64,000 bases of DNA from Malacoraja senta (lineage: Eukaryota). A program made the translations under genes and the position numbers. Numbering within the stretch: position 1 is the first letter of the stretch; each line of letters begins with the position of its first letter. Below, piece after piece: positions 36,325 to 48,300 of this stretch. The notes below the pieces were generated by a model that saw only the letters and a list, made by a program, of their open reading frames with translations, was not told the DNA's origin and made no database searches. The stretch is taken from the NCBI GenBank assembly GCA_038087875.1, contig CM075998.1, forward strand, positions 6,326,001 through 6,390,000, given 5' to 3'.

Positions 36325-36595
36325 ACGGTGGCGCAGCGCTAGAGTTGCTGCCTTACAGCGCCTGAGTCCCGGGTTTGATCCTGATCACGGGTGCTGTCTG
36401 TACGGAGTTTGTACGTTCTCCCTGTGACCCACGTGGGTTTTCTCTGGTGCTCCGGTTTCCCCCCACACTCCAAAGACGTACAGGTTTGTAGGTTAATGTG
36501 GTGCTAGTTAACGTACAGGGAGCGCTTGTCGGCACAGACTCGGTGGGCTGAAGGGCCTGTTTTCATGCTATATCTCTGAACGAAACTAAACTAAG
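36325..36595 (+). mobile_element. HE1-like V-SINE
   Basis: acggtggcgcagcg A box, gggtttgatcc B box, (aaact)n tail. Confidence 0.85.
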
Positions 36596-37034
36596 CCTTA
36601 ATTCACATTCACCTTTGATAATAGTACCACAGCATCTAAAACATAATTGGTTTTTATTCCAAAGCTTTTTCTGTTCATAAAAAGTTGTCTAATTGTGAAC
36701 ACATCCCACTCTATATAAGTTCTATCTGAGTTCTAAGAGTCGATAACGAAAAAGAGAAAAACCTTTTTCATGTTTTTTTGCATAAGCGTAAGAACTTGAG
36801 AATTTATTTCCCAATTGGCACTCACAAAATAAATGGAATGGACTTCCATGAAAGGAAGTACATTTTGCCTCAAATGAAGAGTTGGACATTCCCCAGCAAA
36901 GAATAACCGTGGAGAAAGGTGGTTAAATATAATTTAGAAAGGAGACAAGGAACAAAAAGTGGAATAAGTTATTTCTCAGTAAAATGACAATGAACAATGT
37001 TTCCTTTATTATCACGTGTACCAAGGTACAGTCT

Positions 37035-37375
37035 TAGTTTAGTTGTGTTTGTTTTAGTTTTAGACACACAGCATGGAAACAGGCCCTTCGGCCCACCGAG
37101 TCCGTGCCGACCATTGACCACCCGTTCACACTAGTTCTATGTTATCCCACTTTCTCATCCACTCCCTACACACTAGGGCAATTTACAGGGGCCGATTAAC
37201 CCACAAACCCGCACGTCTTTGGAATGTGGGAGGAAACCGGAGCACCTGGAGGAAACCATAAGGTCACAGGGCGAAGGTGCAAACTCCACGAAGACAGCAC
37301 CCGAGGTCAGGATCGAACTCGGGTCTCTGGTGCTGTGAGGCAGCAGCTCCACCCGCTGCGCCACCATGCTGCCCT
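37035..37375 (-). mobile_element. HE1-like V-SINE
   Basis: Minus strand gggcagcatggtggcgcagcgg...gagttcgatcc...tctaaaactaaaa. Confidence 0.85.
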
Positions 37376-37677
37376 GATGCAATGTAATAATGTTCCATTT
37401 TTAGATACAAAAACTTGCTTCTGCGATGACAAATGAACTTTGTGTCTTTGTCTTTGTGTTCTCGGGATCGAGGGTGACCTGTTTCCATGCCGTTTGTGAG
37501 GCAGCTGATGCCGTTTAAAACTTGTGCATCAATGTACCTGATTGAATATCTAGATGGCTAAACTAGTCGCCTGCAAAATCGCCTGTGGGACAGGCCCATT
37601 AGCGTGCAAGCACAAGGGTCTCCGAATACATCACAACAGCAAATGTGAAAGATGAAGTAAACGATCTACATTGCACT

Positions 37678-40600
37678 CATAGAAACATAGAAATATAGAA
37701 AATAGGTGCAGGAGTAGGCCATTCAGCCCTTCGAGCCTGCACCGCCATTCAATATGATCATGGCTGATCATCCAACTCAGTATCCCGTACCTGCCTTCTC
37801 TCCATATCCCCTCATCCCTTTAGCCACAAGGGCCACATCTAACTCCCTCTTAAATATAGCCAATGAACTGGCCTCAACTACCCTCTGTGGCAGAGAGTTC
37901 CAGAGATTCGCCACTCTCTGTGTGAAAACGTTTTTTCTCATCTCGGTCTTAAAGGATTTCCCCCTTATCCTTAAACTGTGACCCCTTGTCCTGGACCTCC
38001 CCAACATCGGGAACAATCTTCCTGCATCTAGCCTGTCCAATCCCTTAAGAATTTTGTACGTTTCTATAAGATCCCCCCTCAATCTTCTAAATTCTAGCGA
38101 GTACAAGCCAAGTCTATCCAGTCTTTCTTCATATCAAAGTCCTGCCATCCCAGGAATCAGTCTGGTGAACCTTCTCTGTACTCCCTCTATGGCAAGAATG
38201 TCTTTCCTCAGATTTGGAGACTAAAACTGTACGCAATACTCCAGGTGTGGTCTCACCAAGACCCTGTACAACTGCAGTAGAACCTCCCTGCTCCTATACT
38301 CAAATCCTTTTGCTATGAATGCTAACATACCATTCGCCTTCTTCACTGCCTGCTGCACCTGCATGCCTACTTTTAATGACTGGTGTACCATGACACCCAG
38401 GTCTCGTTGCATCTCCCCTTTTCCTAATCGGCCACCATTCAGATAATAGTCTACTTTCCTGTTTTTGCCACCAAAGTGGATAACCTCACATTTATCCACA
38501 TTATACTGCATCTGCCATGCATTTGCCCACTCACCCAGCCTATCCAAGTCACCTTGCAGCCTCCGAGCATCCTCCTCACAGCTAACACTGCCCCCCAGCT
38601 TTGTGTCAACTGCAAACTTGGAGATGTTGCATTCAATTCCCTCGTCCAAATCATTAATATATATCGTAAATAGCTGGGGTCCCAGCACTGAGCCTTGCGG
38701 TACCCCACTAGTCACTGCCTGCCATTGTGAAAAGGACCCGTTTACTCCTACTCTTCGCTTCCTGTCTGCCAGCCAGTTCTCTATCCACATCAATACTGAA
38801 CCCCCAATAGCGTGTGCTTTAAGTTTGTATAATAATCTCTTATGTGGGACCTTGTCGAAAGCCTTCTGAAAGTCCAGATATAACACATCCACTGGTTCTC
38901 CCTTATCCACTCTACTAGTTACATCCTCGAAAAATTCTATAAGATTCGTCAGACATGATTTATCTTTCATAAATCCATGCTGACTTTGTCCAATGATTTC
39001 ACCACTTTCCAAATGTGCTGCTATCCCATCTTTAATAACTGATTCTAGCAGTTTCCCCACTACCGACGTTAGACTAACTGGTCTGTAATTCCCCGTTTTC
39101 TCTCTCCCTCCCTTTTTAAAAAGTGAGGTTACATTAGCTACCCTCCAATCCTCAGGAACTACTCCAGAATCTAAAGAGTTTTGAAAAATTATCACTAATG
39201 CATCCACTATTTCTGGCGCTACTTCCTTAAGTACTCTGGGATGCAGCCTATCTGGCCCTGGGGATTTATCAGCCTTCAATCCATTCAATTTACCTAACAC
39301 CACTTCCCAGCTAACCTGGATTTCACTCAGTTCCTCCATCTCATTTGACCCCCAGTCCCCTGCTATTTCCAGCAGATTATTTATGTCTTCCTTAGTGAAG
39401 ACAGAACCAAAGTAGTTATTCAATTGGTCTGCCATGTCCTTGTTCCCCATGGTCAATTCACCTGTTTCTGACTGCAAGGGACCTACATTTTGCAGTCAGT
39501 TTTTATGTTCCCTGCCAGTTTTCTTTCATAATCTATTTTCCGTTTCCTAATTAAGCCCTTTGTCCTCCTCTGCTGGACTCTGAATTTCTCCCAGTCCTGT
39601 GGTAGGCTGCTTTTTCTGGCTAATTTGTACGCTTCATCTTTTTTTTTGATACTATCCCTGATTTCCCTTGTTATCCATGGATGCACTACCTTCCCTGATT
39701 TATTTTTTTGCCAAACTGGGATGAACAATTGTTGTAGTTCATCCATGCAGTCTTTAAATGCCTTCCATTGCATATCTACCGTCAACCCATTAAGAATCAA
39801 TTGCCAGTCTATCTTGGCCAATTCACTTCTCATACCCTCAGTTACCTTTCTTTAAGTTCAGGACCCTTGTTTCTGAATTAACAATGTCACTCTCCATCCT
39901 AATGAAGAACTCAACCATATTATGGTCACTCTTGCCCAAGGAGCCACGCACAACAAGACTGCTAACTAACCCTTCCTCATTACTCAATACCCAATCTAGA
40001 ATATCCTGCTCTCTCGTTGGTTCCTCTACATGTTGGTTTAGAAAACTATACCGCATACATTCCAAGAAATCCTCTTCCTCAGCACCCTTGCCAATTTGAT
40101 TCACCCAATCTATATGTAGATTGAAGTCACCCATTATAACTGTTTTACCTTTGTTGCACGCATTTCTAATTTCCTGTTTGATGCCATCCCCAACTCCACT
40201 ACTACTGTTAGGTGGCCTGTACACAACTCCCACTAGCGTTTTCTGCCCCTTAGTGTTTCGTAGCTCTACCCATATCGATTCCACATCCTCCAAGCTAATG
40301 TCCTTCCTTTCTATTGCGTTAATCTGCTCTCTAACCAGCAACGCTACCCCACCTCCTTTCCCTTTCTGTCTATCCCTCCTGAATATTGAATATCCCTGGA
40401 TGTTCAGCTCCCAGCCTTGGTTACCCTGGAGCCATGTCTCCGTGATCCCAACTATATCATAGTCATTAATAACTATCAGCACATTCAACTCATCCACCTT
40501 ATTACGAATGCTGCTTGCATTGAGACACAAAGCCTTTAGGCTTGTTTTTACAACACTCTTACCCTTTATACAATTATGTTGAAAAGTGGCCTTTTTTGAT

Positions 40601-40749
40601 TTTTGCCCTGGATTTGTCTGCCTGCCACTGTTACTTTTCACCTTGCTACCTATTGCTTGTACACTCATTGTACACCCCTCTGTCTCTACGCTCACACATT
40701 TAAGAAACCCTTTCCCTTTAACTCCATCCTCAACTATCCCATTCGACAC
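37678..40749 (-). mobile_element. CR1 LINE with most of ORF2 (endonuclease and RT), deletion near 39480, stops
   Basis: LCLNASSIRNK..GITETW..GDFN..SDH; KSPGPD..NYRPVSLTS..YLDFQKAFD..GVPQGSVLGP; catagaaa repeat tail at 37678. Confidence 0.96.
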
Positions 40750-41599
40750 CCCGGCCCTGACTGCGACTTCATTTCAGCATCCATGTCTGGCCTGATTTCC
40801 CTTTGGGCCTCAGGCACTCTTGAAGTTGGCAGCTGTGGGCCGTCTTCACTTTTATTGCAACCTACAGAATGAAATGCATTTCTATTTGAAAAGACGGCTA
40901 TTATCCTGTAACATAGTGAGAAATGGTTTGAATAGTAAGGTTGCAACAGGTCATAAAGACTAAAATAATGACTGCCATGAGTTTAAGCTCTCCGGCTCTC
41001 CATGAGGAGACAGTGAATCATTTTGTCACTGGTGCTGATGACAAAAACCATGTTTTTAAACTTTGAAAGTCACGTGTGTGGGTGGGTGTGTGTACGTGTG
41101 CATGTGTGCTTACGTGCGTGTGTGCGCGCACGTGTGTGTGTGTTTGTTAGTATCAAAGTTTGTTCCATCTTCTAGAATATCTATATACGGCTAGTTGACA
41201 CTGAAGTTCCTACAATGCTTACGCAGAGAAGAGAGGAATAGTTGAGGTGTTCATTCCACTGGTAGCTATGTCATTCTTGCAGGTCATTGCGTTCTCCCAT
41301 CCTTTTTAAACCCCCTCAACTATTTAGTTTAGTTTATTATTGTCACATGTACCAAGGTACAGTGAAAATATTTCGTTTGTGTGCTCTCGTCAAAGAAAAG
41401 ACTATACATCTACTTCATTGGAGACCTTCGGACTATCTTTATTTACTGAACTTTATCCTGCATAAAACATTATTCCCTTTATTCTGTATCTGTACATGAG
41501 GGATAGCTTGATTGTAATCATGTATAGTCCTTTTGCTGACTGGATAGCACACAATGAAAAAGCTTTTTGTTGTGCCTCGTGACACATGACAATAATAAA

Positions 41600-42370
41600 C
41601 GAAACGCTAAACTCTACAATCAGGCCACCCACAGTGCACAGGTAAAGGTTAAAGGGTACGATGTTTACAGTAGTCCAAAGATATAACGTTAAAGTCTGAT
41701 AGAGTCTGATTAAGATAGTTCAACGGTCTCTAATGAGGTAGATGGGAGGTTTGGACTGCACTCTAGCTGACGAGAGGACAGCTGGGAAGAAATTGTCCCT
41801 GAATCTGGACGTATGCATTTTCAAACTTCTGTAGCTCCTGCTCGATGTGTTAGGGGAGAAGAGGTAAGTGACCAGTACTTGGTTTTGCTGCTGGCCTTGC
41901 ATCAGCGTGAAGTGTACATGAGGCCAATGGAGTAAATGGAAGGGAGGTCTGGACTAAGTCCACACCTCTGCAATTTCTTGCAGTCCTGGATGGAGCAGTC
42001 CATGGACCAAACCATGCTGTGATGCATCCCAATAAGATGCTTTCTATGGCGCATCTGTAGAAGCTGATGAGGGTTGTTGGAAACATGCTGAACTTCCTAA
42101 GCCTAAATGTTGGTGTGATTTCTTGGCCACAGCTTCAATGTGGCTGGCTAACGGAATGAAGGGATATGGGGAAATGCTAACGGAATCAAGGGATATGGGG
42201 AAAAAGCAGGAACGGGGTACTGATTTTAGATGATCAGCCATGATCATATTGAATGGCGGTGCTGGCTTGAAGGGCCGAATGGCCTACTGTACCTATTTTC
42301 TATGTTTTTATGTTTCCCAGACAAATTGCTGGTAATATTTATTCCTAGGAACTTAATTTGCTGGTGACAC
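41600..42370 (-). repeat. Degenerate Rex1-like LINE 3' part with a CR1 tail fragment (42145-42315, +) inside
   Basis: FYRCAIESILLGCITAWFG; HTSRFRDNFFPAV. Confidence 0.7.
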
Positions 42371-42717
42371 TTGCAGGAAGACAAAAAGCTTAAGTTTGTG
42401 AAGTCGATTTTTGTTTAACACTAAAAGCCACGTTATGTATAATGGCATCAATGTTATTTTTCACTGACTTTATCCCATTGTTGTTTGGAATATAGCTGAA
42501 TTTCTGCAGCAAAATGGCTGATGCATGACTGACAATTTAAGATTAGTATAATCTGAGGAAAATGCTGTGCGATTTCCAGCAGGCACGAGGCTATATCCTA
42601 AAGTCGTGGTCGGTTCACATACTGATCTGAGATCTAATTAACACATCATTTGCCCTCGAAGCAAACAGTAACAATTTTAAAAGTAGTTGATTGACTGAAA
42701 TGTTTTGAGGTGCCTTA

Positions 42718-43163
42718 TGGGCCTGTTCCACTTAGGCGACTCTTTAGGCGACTGCCAGGGACAAATTTTAATGGAATTCACCTATGACACTTGGCGACAA
42801 CCTACGACAACCTACGACATCAAAAATTGTTGCCACTGTCGCCAAAAATGTTATAACATGTAGAAAAGTTTGTGGCAGTCGCCTGTATTCACCCAAAAAA
42901 TCGCCTAAAGGGCTTGTCCCACTTTCACAACCTAATTCGCGACCTCTGCCGAGTTTGCCCTTGACTCATACTCGCAGCATGGTCGTCACGAGGTCGTAGG
43001 AGGTCGTAGGTAGGTCGTGGCAGGCCGTGATGCTAGTCGTAGGTACTCGTGGCATCAAGTAGGTCGGGGCGTTTTTTCTAGCATGATGAAAAATGTCCAC
43101 GAGTAAAAAAGGTCGTGAATTAGGTTGTGAAAGTGGGACAGGCCCTTAAGTGGGACAGGCCCA
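42718..43163. mobile_element. Harbinger MITE (outer)
   Basis: TGGGCCTGTTCCACTTAGG ... CCTAA|GTGGGACAGGCCCA; TTA TSD at 42715-42717 and 43164-43166; subterminal acctacgac repeats like 59832 onward. Confidence 0.9.
42909..43146. mobile_element. Harbinger MITE (inner), inserted into the right TIR of the outer MITE
   Basis: AGGGCTTGTCCCACTTTCACAACCTAATTC / GAATTAGGTTGTGAAAGTGGGACAGGCCCT; TAA TSD at 42906-42908 and 43147-43149. Confidence 0.92.
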
Positions 43164-44104
43164 TTATGGACATAGACGTCTTCAAGTAATTATTTTTTTT
43201 CCCAGGCTTATAGATTTGATTCCTGTATTGTGGATTAGAACAGCAATTAGAACAAATTCAATAATTTACCAATACATTATTTTTCCTGGACATTTCTGAG
43301 TGGTTATTAAATTTTCTGTCACCAAGCCATCACACTAAATGATAAATTTTGTATTTTAGTAGAGTTAGATCATAACTGAGTAATGCTGATCAACATAATT
43401 TGAATATATAACTTATCTCCAGCTACAATATGTTCCACTAAACATCATCAGCATTAGTAAATGACCAACTTTTGCATTTTAGCCTTTCGCCAATTGGTTC
43501 AGAGAAATTACATCTCATTGCCCGGGATTTATAATGGTATGTAGCGTGAAATCAGAATATTATATGAAAGCCCTGAAGGTGTGCTCACTTTAATAAGCTT
43601 TAGCATGATTCACCATGTAATGTAGGAGCATGGAATTATGCTTGATTGGCCAAAGCTCACAGAATTGTTTGATAATTAGATGGAACACATGTGCTGCATG
43701 CTGATAATGTAAGCCATCGTGAATTAAGATTGCATTTTTCTTTACTGATGTGTACATCATTTACATAATCCCACATTGATTAGTTAGAAGAAAAAAATAA
43801 ATAAAAACTGTCTCTGTGATTTTCTGTTAAAATGTTATATCTGAGTGTTCCAGAATTTGTGCTAACTGCTCAAAATCCCAGTTATTTTAGTAAGTATTAT
43901 ATTTAAGAACTACTTCCACAGGTTCCAATTGGAAAGCAGTCTTTCTACTGGGACATTTATCCATCTTGGTGATGCTCTCTGTTCTCATACACGACTAAAG
44001 TTTCTTCACCATTTGCTACACTTATTTAAACCTGGTCAATTTCTTACATTTCCCCTTAGTCAACTCCTCTGACTTCATCTCGTCAAGAGAGTTTTATTGT
44101 CATA

Positions 44105-45220
44105 CTGGACCAAGTGGGACCCAGTGGGTCCCTGTCACATGGGAGAGCTGGTCCCCGAACGCAATATTCCACCACTCACCCATAGCCCCCAACTGCGCAA
44201 GCATGGCTGACAGGTTGCCATTGTGACGCCAGAGATCCCCGTTGTAACGCGAGTCATGGCTCCCCTCCCCAAGTGCGCCTCGCCATCCCTCTTCCTACCC
44301 CTATCCTCCTCCATTCCCCCTCATCCCCAGCACTTCCTCCCCCTCCTCTTCACCCTCCCTCTTCTTTTCCCTCTCCTCCTCCCCTCCCCACTACCTTCCT
44401 CCCTCTCCCTCCCTCTCCTTTCCCCTACCCCCAGTCACTCCCTCCCTCCCTCCATAACCCCTCTCCCCTCCCTACCCCCCTCTTCTCCCTCTATCTCCCT
44501 GCTCCCCCACTCCTCATCTCTCCCCTATCCCACTCCCCCACTAAACACAATGTTTAAATAACATTTCTCCTCCTCCCCTCCCCCACTCCCTCCCTCTCCT
44601 TACAACAATGTAACAAATCTCTCATTGCACTGGGAGTCCTGTCTCCCCTCCCCCACTCTCTCTCTCTCCTTAAAACAATGTAATAAATCTCTCATTGCAC
44701 TGTCATTTGTTAACATTGTAATGGGAAAGGCAAGTTTTAAAGTGAAAAGTTTGTTTTTTTAAAGTGAAAAGTGATTTTTTAAAAAAGTTTTAAATGTGAA
44801 TAACGTAAAATATAACATCAATCTGAATGGAACGCTGCTATGTTTTTGAAAACTGAGCTTTTTAGAAAATGTAAATGAGATCCTATTGTGATGTCATTGT
44901 GGGGTGGAACACTGCTGATGGGCAGTTTGAGATCCCATTGTGACATCATACGCTGCTAACTGTGTGCAATTCAAGTGATTTTTGTCAAAGTTTAAAATGC
45001 GAATAACTTGTAAAATAACTCGTAAAGTTTAAAATGTGAATAACTTGTAAAATATACTATCAATCTGAATGAAACTTGATACACCACACACCAGACAATG
45101 GTGAGTAAGATGGGCCAAAGATTGTAGCTCTATCATGTACCATTTTGGCATAATTTCAGGAACAGGATCACAGACACACAGACATACTAACAAACAAGAT
45201 GAGAGTTTAAGTAATATATA
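44105..45220 (-). mobile_element. Non-autonomous Helitron, unit 1
   Basis: 3' end on minus: GGGACCC-act-GGGTCCC hairpin (44116-44132) then ...CCAG|T; 5' region with TGTGTC-type microsatellite; homologous to unit 2. Confidence 0.82.
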
Positions 45221-46358
45221 CTAGCCATGTGGGACCCGTTGGGTCCCTGTCACACTGGAGGGCTGGTCCCCGAACACAATATTCCACCACTCATCCATAG
45301 CCCCCAACTGCGCAGGTGCGGCTGACGTGTTTAAAGTTTAAAATGGCAATAATGTAAAAAATAAGATCAATATGAAGGCATCTCACTCTCCCTCTTCAGT
45401 CTCCTATTCCCCTCCTCCATTATCCTCCCTCTCCCCACCCTCCACCAACCCTCCTCTGCTTCCTCCCCTCTCCCCCTCCTCCCCTCTACCCCTCCTCCCC
45501 TCCTCTCTCTTCCCCCTCCCCTTCCATTACCTCGCCATCCCTCTTCCTACCCCTATCCTCCTCTGTTCCCCATTATCCCCCAGCACTCCCTCCCCCTCCT
45601 CTTCACCCTCCCCCTTCTTTGCCCTCTCTTACTCCCCTCCCCCACTCCCTCCCTCACCTCTCCCTCCCTCTCCTTTCCCCTACCCTCAGTCACTCCCTCC
45701 ATAACCCCTATCCCCACGCTACCCCATCCTCTCCCACTATCCCCATCCTCCTCCACTCCTCACCTCCCCCCTATCTCACCCCCTCTCTCTCCCTCCTCAC
45801 CTCCCACACTTTCCCCTCCCTCTCCCTCCCTACCTCCTTCTCTCCCTCAATCCCCCAAGCCTTCCTCCCTATCTCACCAGGATTTCTATGTAAACCACCG
45901 CCGGCCCCGTTTTCTCCATCACATCACCGATGAAGTTGTAGCTGTCGGGGGGGATGGGCCGGGGTAGGGGGAGAGGGAGCCGAGGCTGCGGTCTGGAGCT
46001 CCAGGAGGGGGATGGAGAGACCAAGGCTGCGGCCTGGAGGCATGGGAGGGGGAGGGAGAGGCCGCGGCTGTGGTCTGGAGCCACGGGAGGGGGAGGGAGA
46101 GGCCTCCCCGCGGGCCCAGAGCAGCAGCCACTGGACCCCGCATTGTCTTAAAATGTGAATAACTTGTAAAATATACCATCAATCTGAACAATTGATACAC
46201 CACACACCAGGACAATGGTGAATAAGGTGGGCCAAGAATTGTAGCACTATCATCTATCCTTTTGGCATAATTTCAGGATCACCCTGACAGACAGAAAGAC
46301 AGACACACAGATATACTAACAAACAAGATGAGAGTTCTAGTAATTAAATAGATATAGA
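45221..46358 (-). mobile_element. Non-autonomous Helitron, unit 2, carrying an HtrA exon fragment
   Basis: 5' A|TCTATATCTAT at 46358; 3' GGGACCC-aac-GGGTCCC hairpin (45231-45247) then CTAG|T at 45221; no TSD. Confidence 0.87.
45878..46110 (-). pseudogene. HTRA2: Captured fragment of an HtrA serine protease exon (HTRA2-like)
   Basis: [27 protein letters not shown] versus recalled human HTRA2 [21 protein letters not shown]; followed directly by GTGAGA. Confidence 0.8.
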
Positions 46359-46800
46359 TTTCTCAAAACGGAACAATGAAATTCTTACTTCCAGCAGCAG
46401 AATAGATATGTAAACATTGTTCTCTTTAAACACTATAATAAACTAAATAAGTTCAATATATTTATATATATACCTGTATATTAAAAAATGCAAAACAACA
46501 ATAATAGTGCAAAGACAAAAACAATGACCCAAATCTACAAAGTTTGGAGCTTATTTGGAGATGGTTGTTGGGAAAAAGCTGCTCCTGAACCTGGACGTTA
46601 CAGCTTTCTGGTTCCCATACTTTCTTCCCAATTGCAGGAGTGAAATTAGAATGTGGCTAGGGTGGTGGGTGTCTCAGACGATGCTGGCTAACGTTTTGAG
46701 GCAGCGACTCCTGCAAATCCCTTCGATGGTGGGGAGGTCAGTACCCGTGATGGACTGGGCTATGTTCACCCCTTTCTGCAATCTTCTTCATTCCTGGGCG
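46359..46800 (-). repeat. Degenerate Rex1-like LINE 3' end (host of the Helitron pair; other part at about 44085-44104)
   Basis: ttattgtcata|tttctcaaaacggaacaatgaaattcttactt matches the uninterrupted motif near 22690. Confidence 0.7.
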
Positions 46801-48300
46801 AACTGGAGCCAACTACACAACCAATGACCCCCACAAGCCCACTGGCTTTTAGTTGTCCTGACTATATCCTCACCCCGCTCTGCATCCTCAAGAATTCCTG
46901 TCCATTCTCCCAGTTTTTCCAACTCTGATAACACTTCCCAAACTAATGCTTCCAAGAGTCTTTTGCCTTAACCATGACACCCTCTCCACTATAGTTGATG
47001 GAGCTCACAAGCATGTCTGTTCCAATTTCCAGATTTCTGTTCACAGCCCTTGCTTTCACACTCACGGCAAGGTTAAGGGGCTGTCCCACTGCGGTGACCT
47101 AATCCGCGAGTTCTGATGAGTTTGCCCTCGACTCATACTCGCAGCATGGTCGACACGAGGTCCTAGGAGGTCTTTGTAACTCTCCTTCATGCTGGAGAGT
47201 AGTCCCCGCATACTCGAGGACTCAGCTAGGTCGCGGCATATTATTCAACATGTTGAAAAATGCCCGCGAGTAATAAAAGGTCGCCATGGAAAAAATCTAT
47301 ACTTTTTTTACTTGTAGGTTTAGTCGAAGTAGGTCGTAGTAGGTTGGCATGTTATTTGTTGGTAATCGAGGGTAGTTGAAGGTAATCGAAGGTAGTCGAA
47401 GGTAGTCGTAGATAGTCTTCAACTTAGTCGAAGGGAGGTCGAAGGGAGGTCGTCTTCACTCTCCACTATTCGGTGTCCAATTTTCCCGAAGCTAGTCTTC
47501 AACATAGTCGAAGGAGGTCGAAGGAGGTCTTCTACATAGTCTTCAACATGACATTTTTTCAAACTCTCCTAAACTCGCCAATTAGTGGGACAGCCCCTTT
47601 AGGATTCTCCCCGTTCCCAACCCTACATTCGTTGGATCATTCTCTATAATTTGCCACAATGGACACGAATTTCCTTTCAACATTCTGAAGGGAGCAGGTC
47701 ACCATTTCTCCTTGATTCTCTCTTCCTCCTCCAACGACACCCATTCCCCTTCTTATGGCACTTTCCAAACTGCAGCAGCTGCAACACTTTTACCTCTTCC
47801 CCTCCCATTATACCTGGACCCAAACACTTGTTCCAAGTGAGCCTGTGATTCCTTTACATTTCTTGCCACTTTAATGTACGGCATTTAGTGTTCACAGTGT
47901 GGTCGCCTCTATGATGGAGAAACTAAACACATACTGGGTGACTGATTTGCAGAATAGCTCTGCTCCATGTGAAACAATGATCCAGAGCTTTCAATTACAT
48001 AACAAATTTTTTCCTCTCTTCCATGCTCCATCTATTTCCAACTTCCCAGGCTACCATGAACATGTTCATTCCCACTCTTAATCCATCCTGATCTGCTTCA
48101 CCCGTCATCTCTTTGCTAACACAGATATTCTCTTTGTCCTTTCCAACCTTCTCACCTTTTTCTCCAAGTTTAAACGATTCTTGTTCTAAATTATCCCAGT
48201 CCTGAAGAATGTCCAACATGAAATATGAACTCTGTTGGTCTCTCCACAGATGCTGCCTGACCTGCTGTGCACTTTCAGCATTTTCCATTTTTATTTCTAC
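46800..48300 (+). repeat. Old degenerate Penelope 3' part
   Basis: Colinear with 30140-31216 (KPT..DY.S.HP..SQF; GIY-YIG region; ctgaaga...gatgctgcctgacc tail). Confidence 0.65.
47076..47598. mobile_element. Harbinger MITE
   Basis: AGGGGCTGTCCCACT...AGTGGGACAGCCCCT; TTA TSD at 47073-47075 and 47599-47601. Confidence 0.92.

Noticed and set aside
44223..45933. Pro/Ser/Leu-rich ORFs
   Set aside because: Artefacts of C/T low-complexity tracts that lack stop codons.
45869..46084. Functional HTRA2 gene at this locus
   Set aside because: Only about 25 recognisable codons, no further protease or PDZ exons seen, upstream repeats break the frame, and it lies between Helitron ends.
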